From an uncultured Acidobacteriota bacterium (GTDB lineage Bacteria; Acidobacteriota; Terriglobia; Terriglobales; Acidobacteriaceae), in NCBI GenBank assembly GCA_963841655.1, contig CAWJDR010000003.1, positions 74,854 through 138,853 on the forward strand: a DNA stretch of 64,000 nt, in the 5' to 3' direction. A model generated the notes under the pieces. The model saw only the letters and a program-made list of their open reading frames with translations, did not search any database and was not told the DNA's origin. The translations under genes and the position numbers were made by a program. Shown here piece after piece: positions 41,177 to 49,258 of the stretch (position 1 is the first letter of the stretch; each line of letters starts with the position of its first letter).

Positions 41177-42253
41177 CCCTGCACCTGTTCACGTAGCGCG
41201 CCGATTTCCTGCAGCGTTTCTCGCAGTGCCGACAGCAGACGGTCCGTCTGCTCAGCCGAGCCCAGCGTGATACGAACACAGCCTTCGCAGTTGGGATCAC
41301 GAGAGCGGTCACGGACCAGTATCCCGCGTTCGCGCATGCGGCCGATGAAAGCAGAATTGAGGGAACCCAAGCGCAGCAGAACAAAATTTGCCCGACTCGG
41401 CCAGAAGGGAATGCCTCAGAGATTTCAGCTCGCGCTGCAAGAGCTCTCTCCCTTCGCAGGTTTGAGCGACGTAGTCACGCATGTACTCTGCGTCCGCCAA
41501 TGCCTCCGGCAAGCAAGCTAACGCAATCGAATTGACGTTGTAAGGGGAGGCGACACGACGGACGGCGCTCATCTGCTGTGCGTCACCCATCAGGAGGCCT
41601 GCGCGTAGGCCGGCGAGACCATAGGCTTTGGAAAAAGTGCGCGCCACAAAAACGTTTGGCTGCTCTCTCCATCTTCCCAGGAGAGTCTCCCCGTGAAATT
41701 CGAAGTACGCCTCATCAACGAGCAGCGCCGCATCCGGGGCAGCATCGGCGATCCGCAAAAGGTCATCAATGGGTGCCGCAGATCCCGTGGGATTGTTAGG
41801 ATTCGCAATCGCGATCAGACGAGTGGCCGGAGTCACCCTGCGTAAGACGTCGGCCGTCGGAAACGAGAAGTCACTTCCCGCTGGGATCTTGGTAATGCGC
41901 GCTGCAGTCGCTGCGGCGAAGATCTCATACATCGCGAAGGTCGGCACAACGAGCAGGGCTTCATCTCCAGGTTCCAGGTACGTTTCAGACAACAGGTGGA
42001 TCGCCTCGTCGACCCCGTTGGTCAGCAGCAGTTCGTCGGGGCTTGTTCCCAGGTGTCCTGCTACGACAGCCTCGACCGGTTCGCGTTCCGGATAACGTGC
42101 CAGTTCTTCGAAACCGATACTTCGCAAGCGCTCCAGAACCCGAGGAGAGCAGCCCACCGTATTTTCGTTGAAGTCGAGGCGCAGCCCGGTGCGGCCTCCG
42201 AGTGGTGGGTGGTAGGTGGGCAGGTTGCGCACGGCCTCGCGTGGGCTAAGCAT
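41173..42253 (-). pseudogene. hisC: histidinol-phosphate aminotransferase; one frameshift as assembled
   Basis: ORF 41309..42253 (LDFNENTVGCSP, ANPNNPTG, TFSKAYGLAGLRAG) continues ..ELKSL / [38 protein letters not shown].. into ORF 41173..41370. The shift is at about 41413-41420. Confidence 0.9.
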
Positions 42254-43484
42254 CCGGATATCTCACACGAATGGATTCTGAATGTGCGTGTAGCCCTTCT
42301 GTCTCGGCGAGATGGGTTACCGTTCTTCCGATTCTTTTGAGTCCTCGCTCGGAAAGTTCCTGCACCGTGATGATCTTTACGAAGTCCAACACCGAAAGCC
42401 CACCACGAAATCGCGCAACGCCCGCAGTCGGCAAAACGTGATTCGGGCCGGAGGCGTAGTCGCCGGCAGCTTGAGCGGAGAATTCGCCCACAAAAATCGA
42501 GCCCGCATTCTGAATGGAAGTAAGGTCGAACGGGTCTACCGTGAGGTGTTCCGGCGCAATCCGGTTCGCCCACTCGATGGCTTCGGCAGGAGAACTCGCC
42601 AGCAGAATGCAACCATTTCGGGTCATCGCCTGATTTGCAACCTCGTTGCGATCCGTGAGTTTCTTCACTGCGATAGCAGTCTTATTTGCCAATTGTTTTG
42701 AAGTTGTGATGAAGATCGGCAGAGCATCTGGATCGTGCTCGCCCTGCGCAACCAAGTCGGCTGCAATAAAGTCGGGGCGCCCTCGATGGCTGAGAACAAC
42801 GGTTTCCGTTGGTCCGGCGAGGAAATCGATGGAACAATCAAACGAAATCAGCTTCTTCGCAATTGTGACGTACTGGTTCCCGGGGCCGACAATTTTGTCG
42901 ACTCGAGGAATACTCCCGGTGCCGTAGGCCAGAGCTGCGATCGCGTGTGCTCCTCCTACCCGATAGAGTTCGCGAACACCGAGCATGTGCGCTGCCGCCA
43001 TGAGTTCGGGAGAAGGGTTAGGCGAGACAACACGAATTTCACGGACGCCTGCCACCTGGGCAGGAATCACAGTCATCAGAAGCGAGGAGACTAGGGGATG
43101 GCGGCCTCCAGGCACATAACAGCCCACGGATTGCAAAGGCCTCACGACCTGCCCGAGCGAAATACCGCCCAACTGGCGACGCCACTCTCGCGGCCGCTGC
43201 CATTTGCAGAAGCGGCGAATGTTCGCCGATGCCTGCCGGAGGGATGCGCGGAGTCGCGGGGTGGCGATCGCCCATGCTGCTTCTAGTTCGGCTGTCGGGA
43301 CTTTCAATTCACGGCCGGCGAGCCCATCCCACTTCGCCGCGTATTGGCGGAGAGCACTGTCACCATTGCGGCGTACGTGTTCCACAATCTTCCGCACCTG
43401 CGACTCCAACGCACCGGACTGGGCGCCACGCTTCGACAATTGATCGACGCGCTTCGACGCATCCGCGGCAGTGAGGATCCGCAT
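42246..43484 (-). CDS. hisD: histidinol dehydrogenase
   Basis: 412 aa. VPGGRHPLVSSLLM, GPGNQYV, QGEHDPDA, DYASGPNHVLPT motifs. Confidence 0.94.
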   Translation of the reverse strand: MRILTAADASKRVDQLSKRGAQSGALESQVRKIVEHVRRNGDSALRQYAAKWDGLAGRELKVPTAELEAAWAIATPRLRASLRQASANIRRFCKWQRPREWRRQLGGISLGQVVRPLQSVGCYVPGGRHPLVSSLLMTVIPAQVAGVREIRVVSPNPSPELMAAAHMLGVRELYRVGGAHAIAALAYGTGSIPRVDKIVGPGNQYVTIAKKLISFDCSIDFLAGPTETVVLSHRGRPDFIAADLVAQGEHDPDALPIFITTSKQLANKTAIAVKKLTDRNEVANQAMTRNGCILLASSPAEAIEWANRIAPEHLTVDPFDLTSIQNAGSIFVGEFSAQAAGDYASGPNHVLPTAGVARFRGGLSVLDFVKIITVQELSERGLKRIGRTVTHLAETEGLHAHSESIRVRYPDA

Positions 43485-44354
43485 TACATCACCACCTTAT
43501 TCAGCGGATATTCGACGATCCCTTGGGCTTGAGCGGCCTTCAGCCGGGGAATCACCTGCCACGCCTCCGACTCTTCGATCACCGTATTGACCGCAACCCA
43601 CTCGCCGTCGCTCAAGGTCGATATTGTCGGCTTCTTCAGAGCAGGCAAAACGGCGAGTACGCCGTCAAGGTTCTCCTTGCGGACATTCAACATCAGCCCC
43701 ACCCGATCCTGGGCTTCCATCGCGCCACGCAGCATTAGCGCCAGATTCTCGATCTTGCGTCGTTTCTCTGCGGTCGGCCCACGCCGACTTGTTTGCAATT
43801 AGCTGTGTGTTTGATTCGAGCACCGTTTCCAATATTCGTAGCCGATTCGCCTTCAGAGAACTGCCAGTCTCCGTCACCTCGACGATCGCGTCGGCCAACA
43901 TCGGCGGCTTCACTTCGGTGGCGCCCCAGGAAAACTCCACTTGCACATCAATACTTTTGCCACGAAAGTAGTTGCGCGTGACGTTCACAAGTTCGGTGGC
44001 GATGATCCGTCCGGAAAGATCTTCGGCGCGGCGGAACGGAGAATCCTCTGGTGCAGCCAGAACCCATCTCACTTTTCCACGACTGCGCTTCGCATAAATC
44101 AAGTCGGCGACGGCGACGACGTCCAGGCCGCTCTCAACCACCCAGTCCAGGCCGGTGAGACCGGCGTCCAGCGCGCCATGCTCGACGTAGCGAGCCATTT
44201 CCTGGGCACGGATCAGCATGCACTCGATTTCGGGATCGGCCGTCTCTGCGAAGTAGGATCGTGCGCTCGTATAAACTTCGAGACCCGCCCGTGCAAAAAG
44301 CTGAAGCGTCGCTTCCTGTAAGCTGCCTTTGGGGATCCCGATGCGTAGTTTCAT
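43484..44354 (-). pseudogene. hisG: ATP phosphoribosyltransferase, long form; one frameshift as assembled
   Basis: Start [17 protein letters not shown] at 44354 (ATGA overlap with hisI). The catalytic part lies in ORF 43665..44420. The C-terminal regulatory domain ([28 protein letters not shown]...) lies in ORF 43484..43798. The shift is at about 43768-43780. Confidence 0.88.
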
Positions 44355-44719
44355 CGTTGGACCTCCTGCGTACTTGCCGACGATGCTGCAGAGGAGAGCG
44401 GAATCTCTTCGGTGAAGCACGAGCGGGTTCCCAAGTGGCAGACCACCCCTGCTCCCTCTACTTGCACTCGCACGAGAAACGAATCACGATCGCAGTCCGT
44501 GCTTACCGAAATGACCCTCAACCGGTTGCCCGAGCTTTCCCCCTTGGTCCAGAGCTGGTTGCGAGTCCTGCTGAAGAAGGTGACATATCCCGAACTCAGC
44601 GTGTGCTGAAAGGCTTCCTCATTCATGAAGCCGAGCATCAGGATTTCGGCAGAGGCAGCGTCTTGCACAATGGCCGGTACCAAGCCCTGCATCTTCTCGA
44701 AGTCAATTTCCATATGCAC
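44351..44719 (-). CDS. hisI: phosphoribosyl-AMP cyclohydrolase (monofunctional HisI)
   Basis: 122 aa. [46 protein letters not shown] lies upstream. The start may be the ATG at 44713. Confidence 0.9.
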   Translation of the reverse strand: MHMEIDFEKMQGLVPAIVQDAASAEILMLGFMNEEAFQHTLSSGYVTFFSRTRNQLWTKGESSGNRLRVISVSTDCDRDSFLVRVQVEGAGVVCHLGTRSCFTEEIPLSSAASSASTQEVQR

Positions 44720-44747
44720 CCGTGCCTCCTGTTTCCGAAAAGTAAAA

Positions 44748-44778
44748 AGCCCGCTGACCTTGTTAGCGTCAGCGGGCT
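44748..44778 (-). terminator. his operon attenuator (rho-independent terminator between leader ORF and hisI)
   Basis: Perfect 11-bp stem AGCCCGCTGAC / GTCAGCGGGCT with a 9-nt loop. On the minus strand it is followed by TTTTTACTTTT. About 28 nt upstream of the hisI start. Confidence 0.8.
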
Positions 44779-44803
44779 GAATCTCGATGAGTGCTGGTCT
44801 ATC

Positions 44804-44872
44804 TCAGGAATGCACCCCCGCCGACGCGCTATGCGCGTGATGATGATGGCGGTGATGGCGATGAGACAACAT
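44804..44872 (-). CDS. his operon leader peptide (22 aa, MLSHRHHRHHHHAHSASAGVHS)
   Basis: ATG 44872-70, TGA 44806-04. 8 His codons fall within residues 4-14. GTCGGCGGG (44825-44817, codons SASAG) can pair, with one G-U, to CCCGCTGAC of the terminator 5' arm. Confidence 0.8.
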   Translation of the reverse strand: MLSHRHHRHHHHAHSASAGVHS

Positions 44873-44883
44873 CGGCAAGAGGG

Positions 44884-44912
44884 AGATTAGTAGAAGCGCT
44901 TGGCCGAGTCAA
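44884..44912 (-). promoter_or_regulatory. candidate sigma70-type promoter of the his leader/operon
   Basis: Minus strand TTGACT (44912-07), 17 nt, TAATCT (44889-84). Only 11 nt separate the -10 box from the leader ATG, and no Shine-Dalgarno sequence is present. Confidence 0.55.
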
Positions 44913-44991
44913 ACATTGAAAGTGGAGCGCAACCTCCAATATTTCGATTCCAGCCATCTGAATTTTGAATGCCGGGCCAGGCAGAACGATG

Positions 44992-45020
44992 TTGACAGGA
45001 TTTCCACAAGTCTCTAGTAT
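44992..45020 (+). promoter_or_regulatory. candidate sigma70-type promoter of the Cys leader / sulfite reductase operon
   Basis: TTGACA (44992-97), 17 nt, TAGTAT (45015-20). The leader ATG lies 9 nt after the -10 box, and no Shine-Dalgarno sequence is present. Confidence 0.6.
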
Positions 45021-45029
45021 CTGCAGATC

Positions 45030-45119
45030 ATGTTGGCTTGCTGCCAGATCTGCATCGCGTGTTGTTGTACTTGTTGTTGTACGCGTGCGTGTTCTGGCGC
45101 AGGGAGGCTGCTGACCTAA
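45030..45119 (+). CDS. cysteine-rich leader peptide (29 aa, MLACCQICIACCCTCCCTRACSGAGRLLT)
   Basis: ATG 45030, TAA 45117-19. 10 Cys codons, including two TGT-TGT-TGT runs. The ORF sits between a consensus-like promoter and a strong terminator abutting the sulfite reductase start. Confidence 0.75.
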   Translation: MLACCQICIACCCTCCCTRACSGAGRLLT

Positions 45120-45144
45120 TAAGTCCTTAAGAATCAGCAATTAT

Positions 45145-45188
45145 AGCCCACCGCCAGAGACATATCTGGCGGTGGGCTTTTTGTTTTT
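45145..45188 (+). terminator. attenuator (rho-independent terminator) immediately upstream of the sulfite reductase gene
   Basis: Perfect 14-bp stem AGCCCACCGCCAGA (45145-58) / TCTGGCGGTGGGCT (45165-78) with a 6-nt loop, then TTTTTGTTTTT ending at the ATG at 45189. 45093-45109 (TCTGGCGCAGGGAGGCT) mimics the 3' arm. Confidence 0.8.
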
Positions 45189-46892
45189 ATGACAATTCCA
45201 GCCAAAGAGACGAAGGCACAACGGGTCGAGCGACTCAAGCGGGAGAAGAACCCGTGGGAGGGGCTCGACGAGATTCGCCGGTTCGGGCGCGAGGGGTTTA
45301 GCTCGATTCCGCCCGAATGGATCGGAACGTACTTCCGCTGGTGGGGCGTCTATACCCAGGGGGACGGTGCCGGCGTCATTGGTGGTAAGGGCGGGGAAGG
45401 CAAGGCTCTGCCTTACTTCATGGTGCGAATCCGGATTCCGAATGGTTTGCTTGAAGCGCACCAGCTCCGCACGATTGCCGACGTTACGGCTCGTTACGCT
45501 CGTGGCGCGGCCGATCTTACCGTGCGACAGAATGTCCAGCTTCACTGGGTGACCATCGAAGCCCTCCCCGAAGTTCTCGATGCTCTCTGGCGGGCTGGAC
45601 TCACTACCAAGGGCTCCTGCGGCGACGATACCCGCAACATTACTGGATGCCCATTAGCGGGAGTGGACGCCGACGAAATCTTCGATGCGTCTGCGCTTGC
45701 CCTCGAAGCCAATCAATTCTTTGTCGGTAACGCCGAGTTCTACAACCTCCCCCGAAAATTCAAGATCTGCATCACGGGATGCCGGTCCTGGTGCGCCTAC
45801 CCCGAAATCAATGACGTGGGCCTGACCGCTGTAACGCGGCGCACACGCGGTGAGCAGGAAGTCGGGTTCTCTCTTCGTGTTGCTGGCGGCCTCTCGACCG
45901 ATCCCCATCTTGCCGCGCGACTCAACGCGTTCGTCAAACAGGAACAGGTTATTCCTGTTCTGAAGGGGATTGCCGAGATATTCCGTGACAGTGACGTACT
46001 TCGTGAAAACCGCGAGCGGGCTCGCCTGAAATTCCTCTTCCTGAAGCACGGTTGGACGTCCGAAACATTCCAAACGGAGCTCGAGCGCCGCATCGGATTT
46101 GAGCTCGATCCGGCGGCTGACGAGCACGTTCCCAATGACCTGTATCGCGATCACGTCGGAATTCACGCTCAGAAACAGCCAGGATATTTCTTTGTGGGGG
46201 CAGCCGTGTTGCGCGGGCGAATCACGGCCGACCAGATGCGGACCGCAGCCGATCTAGCCGACCGGTTTGCCGACGGGCACTTGCGCACCACGAACATGCA
46301 GAACCTCCTGATCGTCAACGTGCCGCGACAAAATGTGGACCCGCTAGTGAGAGAACTGGACGCAGTCGGCCTGCGGGTGAACGGCTCAGCCTTTTGGCGC
46401 GGTGCTGTCGCCTGCAGTGGCTCAGAGTTCTGCAAACTTGCGATCACTGAAACCAAGAGCTTCTCGCGCTGGCTCGTGGAGGAACTGGAAGAGAGATTGC
46501 CCGGCTTTGAGCAGCACCTGAAACTGCACGTCACCGGTTGCCCGAACAGCTGCGGTCAGCATTGGATCGCCGATTTGGGGATCGAGGGCAAGAAAATCAA
46601 GGTCGGCGATCGGATGGAGGATGCTTACTACTTTTGCGTGGGGGGAGCAGTAGGCTTGCACCAGTCTATCGCCCGTCCGGTTGGCTATCGATGCCTCGCA
46701 ACCGAGGTTCCGGATGCGATCGAGCGCCTGCTGAGGCGCTATCTTGACGATCGATATCCCAACGAAAACCTGCGACAGTTCTTCGCGCGGCACAACGACA
46801 TCGAACTGCGGGAATTTCTGGCCGGTGAACTGGTGGCAGCGGTTGCGCGCGATGCCTCCCCCGGACGAGTTCCGCACGGAGTGGAGGGATAG
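45189..46892 (+). CDS. sir: assimilatory sulfite reductase (ferredoxin-type NirA/Sir hemoprotein)
   Basis: 567 aa. Duplicated nitrite/sulfite reductase ferredoxin-like and 4Fe-4S/siroheme domains (GSCGDDTRNITGCP, ACSGSEFCKLA, VTGCPNSCGQH). Confidence 0.9.
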   Translation: MTIPAKETKAQRVERLKREKNPWEGLDEIRRFGREGFSSIPPEWIGTYFRWWGVYTQGDGAGVIGGKGGEGKALPYFMVRIRIPNGLLEAHQLRTIADVTARYARGAADLTVRQNVQLHWVTIEALPEVLDALWRAGLTTKGSCGDDTRNITGCPLAGVDADEIFDASALALEANQFFVGNAEFYNLPRKFKICITGCRSWCAYPEINDVGLTAVTRRTRGEQEVGFSLRVAGGLSTDPHLAARLNAFVKQEQVIPVLKGIAEIFRDSDVLRENRERARLKFLFLKHGWTSETFQTELERRIGFELDPAADEHVPNDLYRDHVGIHAQKQPGYFFVGAAVLRGRITADQMRTAADLADRFADGHLRTTNMQNLLIVNVPRQNVDPLVRELDAVGLRVNGSAFWRGAVACSGSEFCKLAITETKSFSRWLVEELEERLPGFEQHLKLHVTGCPNSCGQHWIADLGIEGKKIKVGDRMEDAYYFCVGGAVGLHQSIARPVGYRCLATEVPDAIERLLRRYLDDRYPNENLRQFFARHNDIELREFLAGELVAAVARDASPGRVPHGVEG

Positions 46893-46901
46893 GTCACGGC
46901 T

Positions 46902-47531
46902 ATGAGTCTATTTCCAATGTTCTTGAAACTCGAAGATCGGCATTGCCTGGTGGTGGGAGCGGGCAAGATCGGCGAATCCAAGATTCGCAGTCTGCTGGTG
47001 GCCCGTGCCAAGGTTCGGGTCATTGCGCCATGGGCTACGCCGACTGTGACCGCGTGGGCGCTTGCTGGCTTGTTGGATTGGGAAGCCCGCACTTTCCAAG
47101 CTGACGATCTGAACTCGATCTTTTTGGTCGTGGGCGCGACTTCCTCCATCGAAGTTAATGATGCAGTCTACCGTGAAGCACGGAGCCGCCAGATCCTTTG
47201 CAATATCGTGGACGATCCTGAGCGGTGCGATTTTTACTATCCCTCGGTTGTTCGGCGTGGTGATCTGCAGGTTGCCATCTCGACTGCCGGACAGAGTCCA
47301 GCTCTTGCACAACGGTTGCGTCGCGAGTTCGAAGCACAGTTGGCGCCTGTCTATGCGGGCTGGCTAGACGAACTCGGGAAGACCCGGAAAGACTTGTTTG
47401 CCAGCCCGATCGATCCAGAATCTCGGCGTTCACTGCTGCACACAGCGGCTAGCCGGCAGTCGTTCGATGCTCGCCAGGCCGCTCGCGAGTTGAACGAACA
47501 CGCTCGCGGCGAGGTCACCCATGAACGGTAA
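46902..47531 (+). CDS. precorrin-2 dehydrogenase / sirohydrochlorin ferrochelatase (CysG N-terminal-like)
   Basis: 209 aa. MSLFPMFLKLEDRHCLVVGAGKIGESK Rossmann fold and the motif ISTAGQSPALA. Confidence 0.85.
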   Translation: MSLFPMFLKLEDRHCLVVGAGKIGESKIRSLLVARAKVRVIAPWATPTVTAWALAGLLDWEARTFQADDLNSIFLVVGATSSIEVNDAVYREARSRQILCNIVDDPERCDFYYPSVVRRGDLQVAISTAGQSPALAQRLRREFEAQLAPVYAGWLDELGKTRKDLFASPIDPESRRSLLHTAASRQSFDARQAARELNEHARGEVTHER

Positions 47532-48318
47532 AGTCTTTTTGGTTGGCGCTGGTCCCGGCGATCCCGACTTGCTTACGGTCAAGGCCGTCCGGCTTCTGCA
47601 ATCGGCTGATGTTGTGCTGCATGACGATCTGATCAGCCCAGAGATTCTTGCATCGATCCCAAAAACCACCGAGGTTCGCAACGTTGGCAAGCGCTGCGGA
47701 CGAAAAAACATTCAGCAGGAAGAAATCAATGCTCTCCTCGTTACATTCGCATCGTTTGGGCTCAAAGTGGTCCGCTTGAAAGCAGGCGATCCTCTGATCT
47801 TTGGGCGTGCAGGCGAGGAGATGGAAGCGCTCCGTAAGGCGAACATCGATTTCGAAATCGTTCCGGGCGTGACTTCGGCGTTGGCATCAGCAGCGGCCGC
47901 ACGTGTTTCGTTGACCCACCGTGACTCTGCGTCAGCTGTTCTTTTCCTTACCGGTCATCATGCCAAGCCTGCGCGGGCAGTCGACTGGACAGCATACGTC
48001 GCGTCGGGAGCAACTCTTGCCATCTACATGCCTGGGTCGGACTATCAACACATCAGCGAACAGCTGATTGCCGCAGGACTCAAGGGTGAGACGGCCTGCG
48101 CGATCGTGTCGCGCGCTAGTTCGCATGCGGAACAGGTGCATCGCAGCACCATCAAGCAGCTGGCCAGCGCACCTCTATTGCCGGCGCCAACGCTGCTGCT
48201 GGTGGGCGATGCTCTCAATATGCCGGATGCCGTTCAATTCCAGGTGGAAGCCGCCGTCAATGTGCTGCCAACAGTGTCCGACAGCTTCACCAATAACCAG
48301 GTGTTTGTAGGTGACTAG
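47521..48318 (+). CDS. cobA: uroporphyrinogen-III C-methyltransferase
   Basis: 265 aa. VFLVGAGPGDPDLLTVKA, VVRLKAGDPLIFGRAGEE, VPGVTSA. Confidence 0.92.
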   Translation: MNGKVFLVGAGPGDPDLLTVKAVRLLQSADVVLHDDLISPEILASIPKTTEVRNVGKRCGRKNIQQEEINALLVTFASFGLKVVRLKAGDPLIFGRAGEEMEALRKANIDFEIVPGVTSALASAAAARVSLTHRDSASAVLFLTGHHAKPARAVDWTAYVASGATLAIYMPGSDYQHISEQLIAAGLKGETACAIVSRASSHAEQVHRSTIKQLASAPLLPAPTLLLVGDALNMPDAVQFQVEAAVNVLPTVSDSFTNNQVFVGD

Positions 48319-48327
48319 GAGCCAAGT

Positions 48328-49065
48328 GTGAACGAGATCGTGGAAAGAACGCAGGCGCTAGCCGAGAGTTGGAGTGTCCAGGAGTTGTTGCAATGGTCTT
48401 TCAAGACCTTCGGCAATGGTGTCGAGATGGCATCGGGCTTTGGCGTAGAAGGTATGGTTCTGATTGATATCGCGACACGGGTCAATCCCAAGCTTCGCGT
48501 CTTCACAATCGATACAGACTTCCTCTTCCCGGAAACGTACGAACTCATTGAAAGAACCGAACGACGCTATGGTCTCAAGATTGAAAGACTGCGCTCCCTG
48601 ACCCCGGAAGATCAGGCGGAAATCTATGGGCCGGCACTGTGGCGCTCCAATCCGGATCAGTGCTGCGGGTTGCGCAAAGTGGCGCCCTTGGCTGAAAAAT
48701 TGTCTGGCCTGCGCGCCTGGATCACAGCCATCCGGCGCGCCCAGACTTCGGCTCGAGCTAAGGCACGCAAGGTGGAGTGGGACGAAAAATTCCAATTGGT
48801 GAAGATCAATCCCATCGTCGACTGGAGCAGTGAGCAGGTGTGGAATTACGTCCATTCGCACGATGTGCCCTACAACCCCCTGCATGATTCTGACTACCCC
48901 AGTATAGGCTGCACACATTGCACGCGTGCGATTCGCCCCGGCGAAGATGCTCGCGCGGGACGCTGGGCGGGGTCTCAGAAAACCGAGTGCGGCCTGCACT
49001 TGCCCGATCCGCCGGTCATGCCCTCCCCCCTTGTTCAGTTGGGTGATGGCGGATCTCAAGGTTAG
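48328..49065 (+). CDS. cysH: adenylyl-sulfate/phosphoadenylyl-sulfate reductase (thioredoxin-dependent; Fe-S type Cys pattern)
   Basis: 245 aa. PAPS_reduct fold, CC..RKV plus GCTHCT cysteine pairs (pattern of the APS-reductase subclass), and C-terminal ECGLH. Confidence 0.9.
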   Translation: MNEIVERTQALAESWSVQELLQWSFKTFGNGVEMASGFGVEGMVLIDIATRVNPKLRVFTIDTDFLFPETYELIERTERRYGLKIERLRSLTPEDQAEIYGPALWRSNPDQCCGLRKVAPLAEKLSGLRAWITAIRRAQTSARAKARKVEWDEKFQLVKINPIVDWSSEQVWNYVHSHDVPYNPLHDSDYPSIGCTHCTRAIRPGEDARAGRWAGSQKTECGLHLPDPPVMPSPLVQLGDGGSQG

Positions 49066-49258
49066 GAGACCGGTGTGAACAGTCGCACGAAGGCGACTTC
49101 CGCAAGTCATCATTGGTGTTTTTGTTATTTGTGTTTTTCAATCGACGTGTCCCCCGTCTGACGCCTTCCCGCGTTGCTCACCTAAACAGTTAAGTTCGAG
49201 TGCCGCCCCAAAAGAGACCAGCCCGCATCGCCTATGGCACACTGATGCTGGAGGCGGA

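Noticed and set aside
44261-44890. 209-aa plus-strand ORF containing MRVMMMAVMAM
   Set aside because: It is antisense to hisG, hisI and the His leader. The Met/Val run mirrors the His CAT/CAC codons.
45060-45082. Direct repeat TGTTGTTGTAC x2 (12-nt period)
   Set aside because: This is not a repeat element or a protein-binding iteron. It is explained by the duplicated Cys-Cys-Cys-Thr codon block of the leader peptide.
44829-45140. Minus-strand ORF with a Thr run (TRTRTTTSTTTR), which could look like a threonine leader
   Set aside because: The ACA/ACG codons are simply the reverse complement of the TGT Cys codons. This ORF has no promoter, would run through the his promoter, and has no downstream Thr biosynthesis genes.
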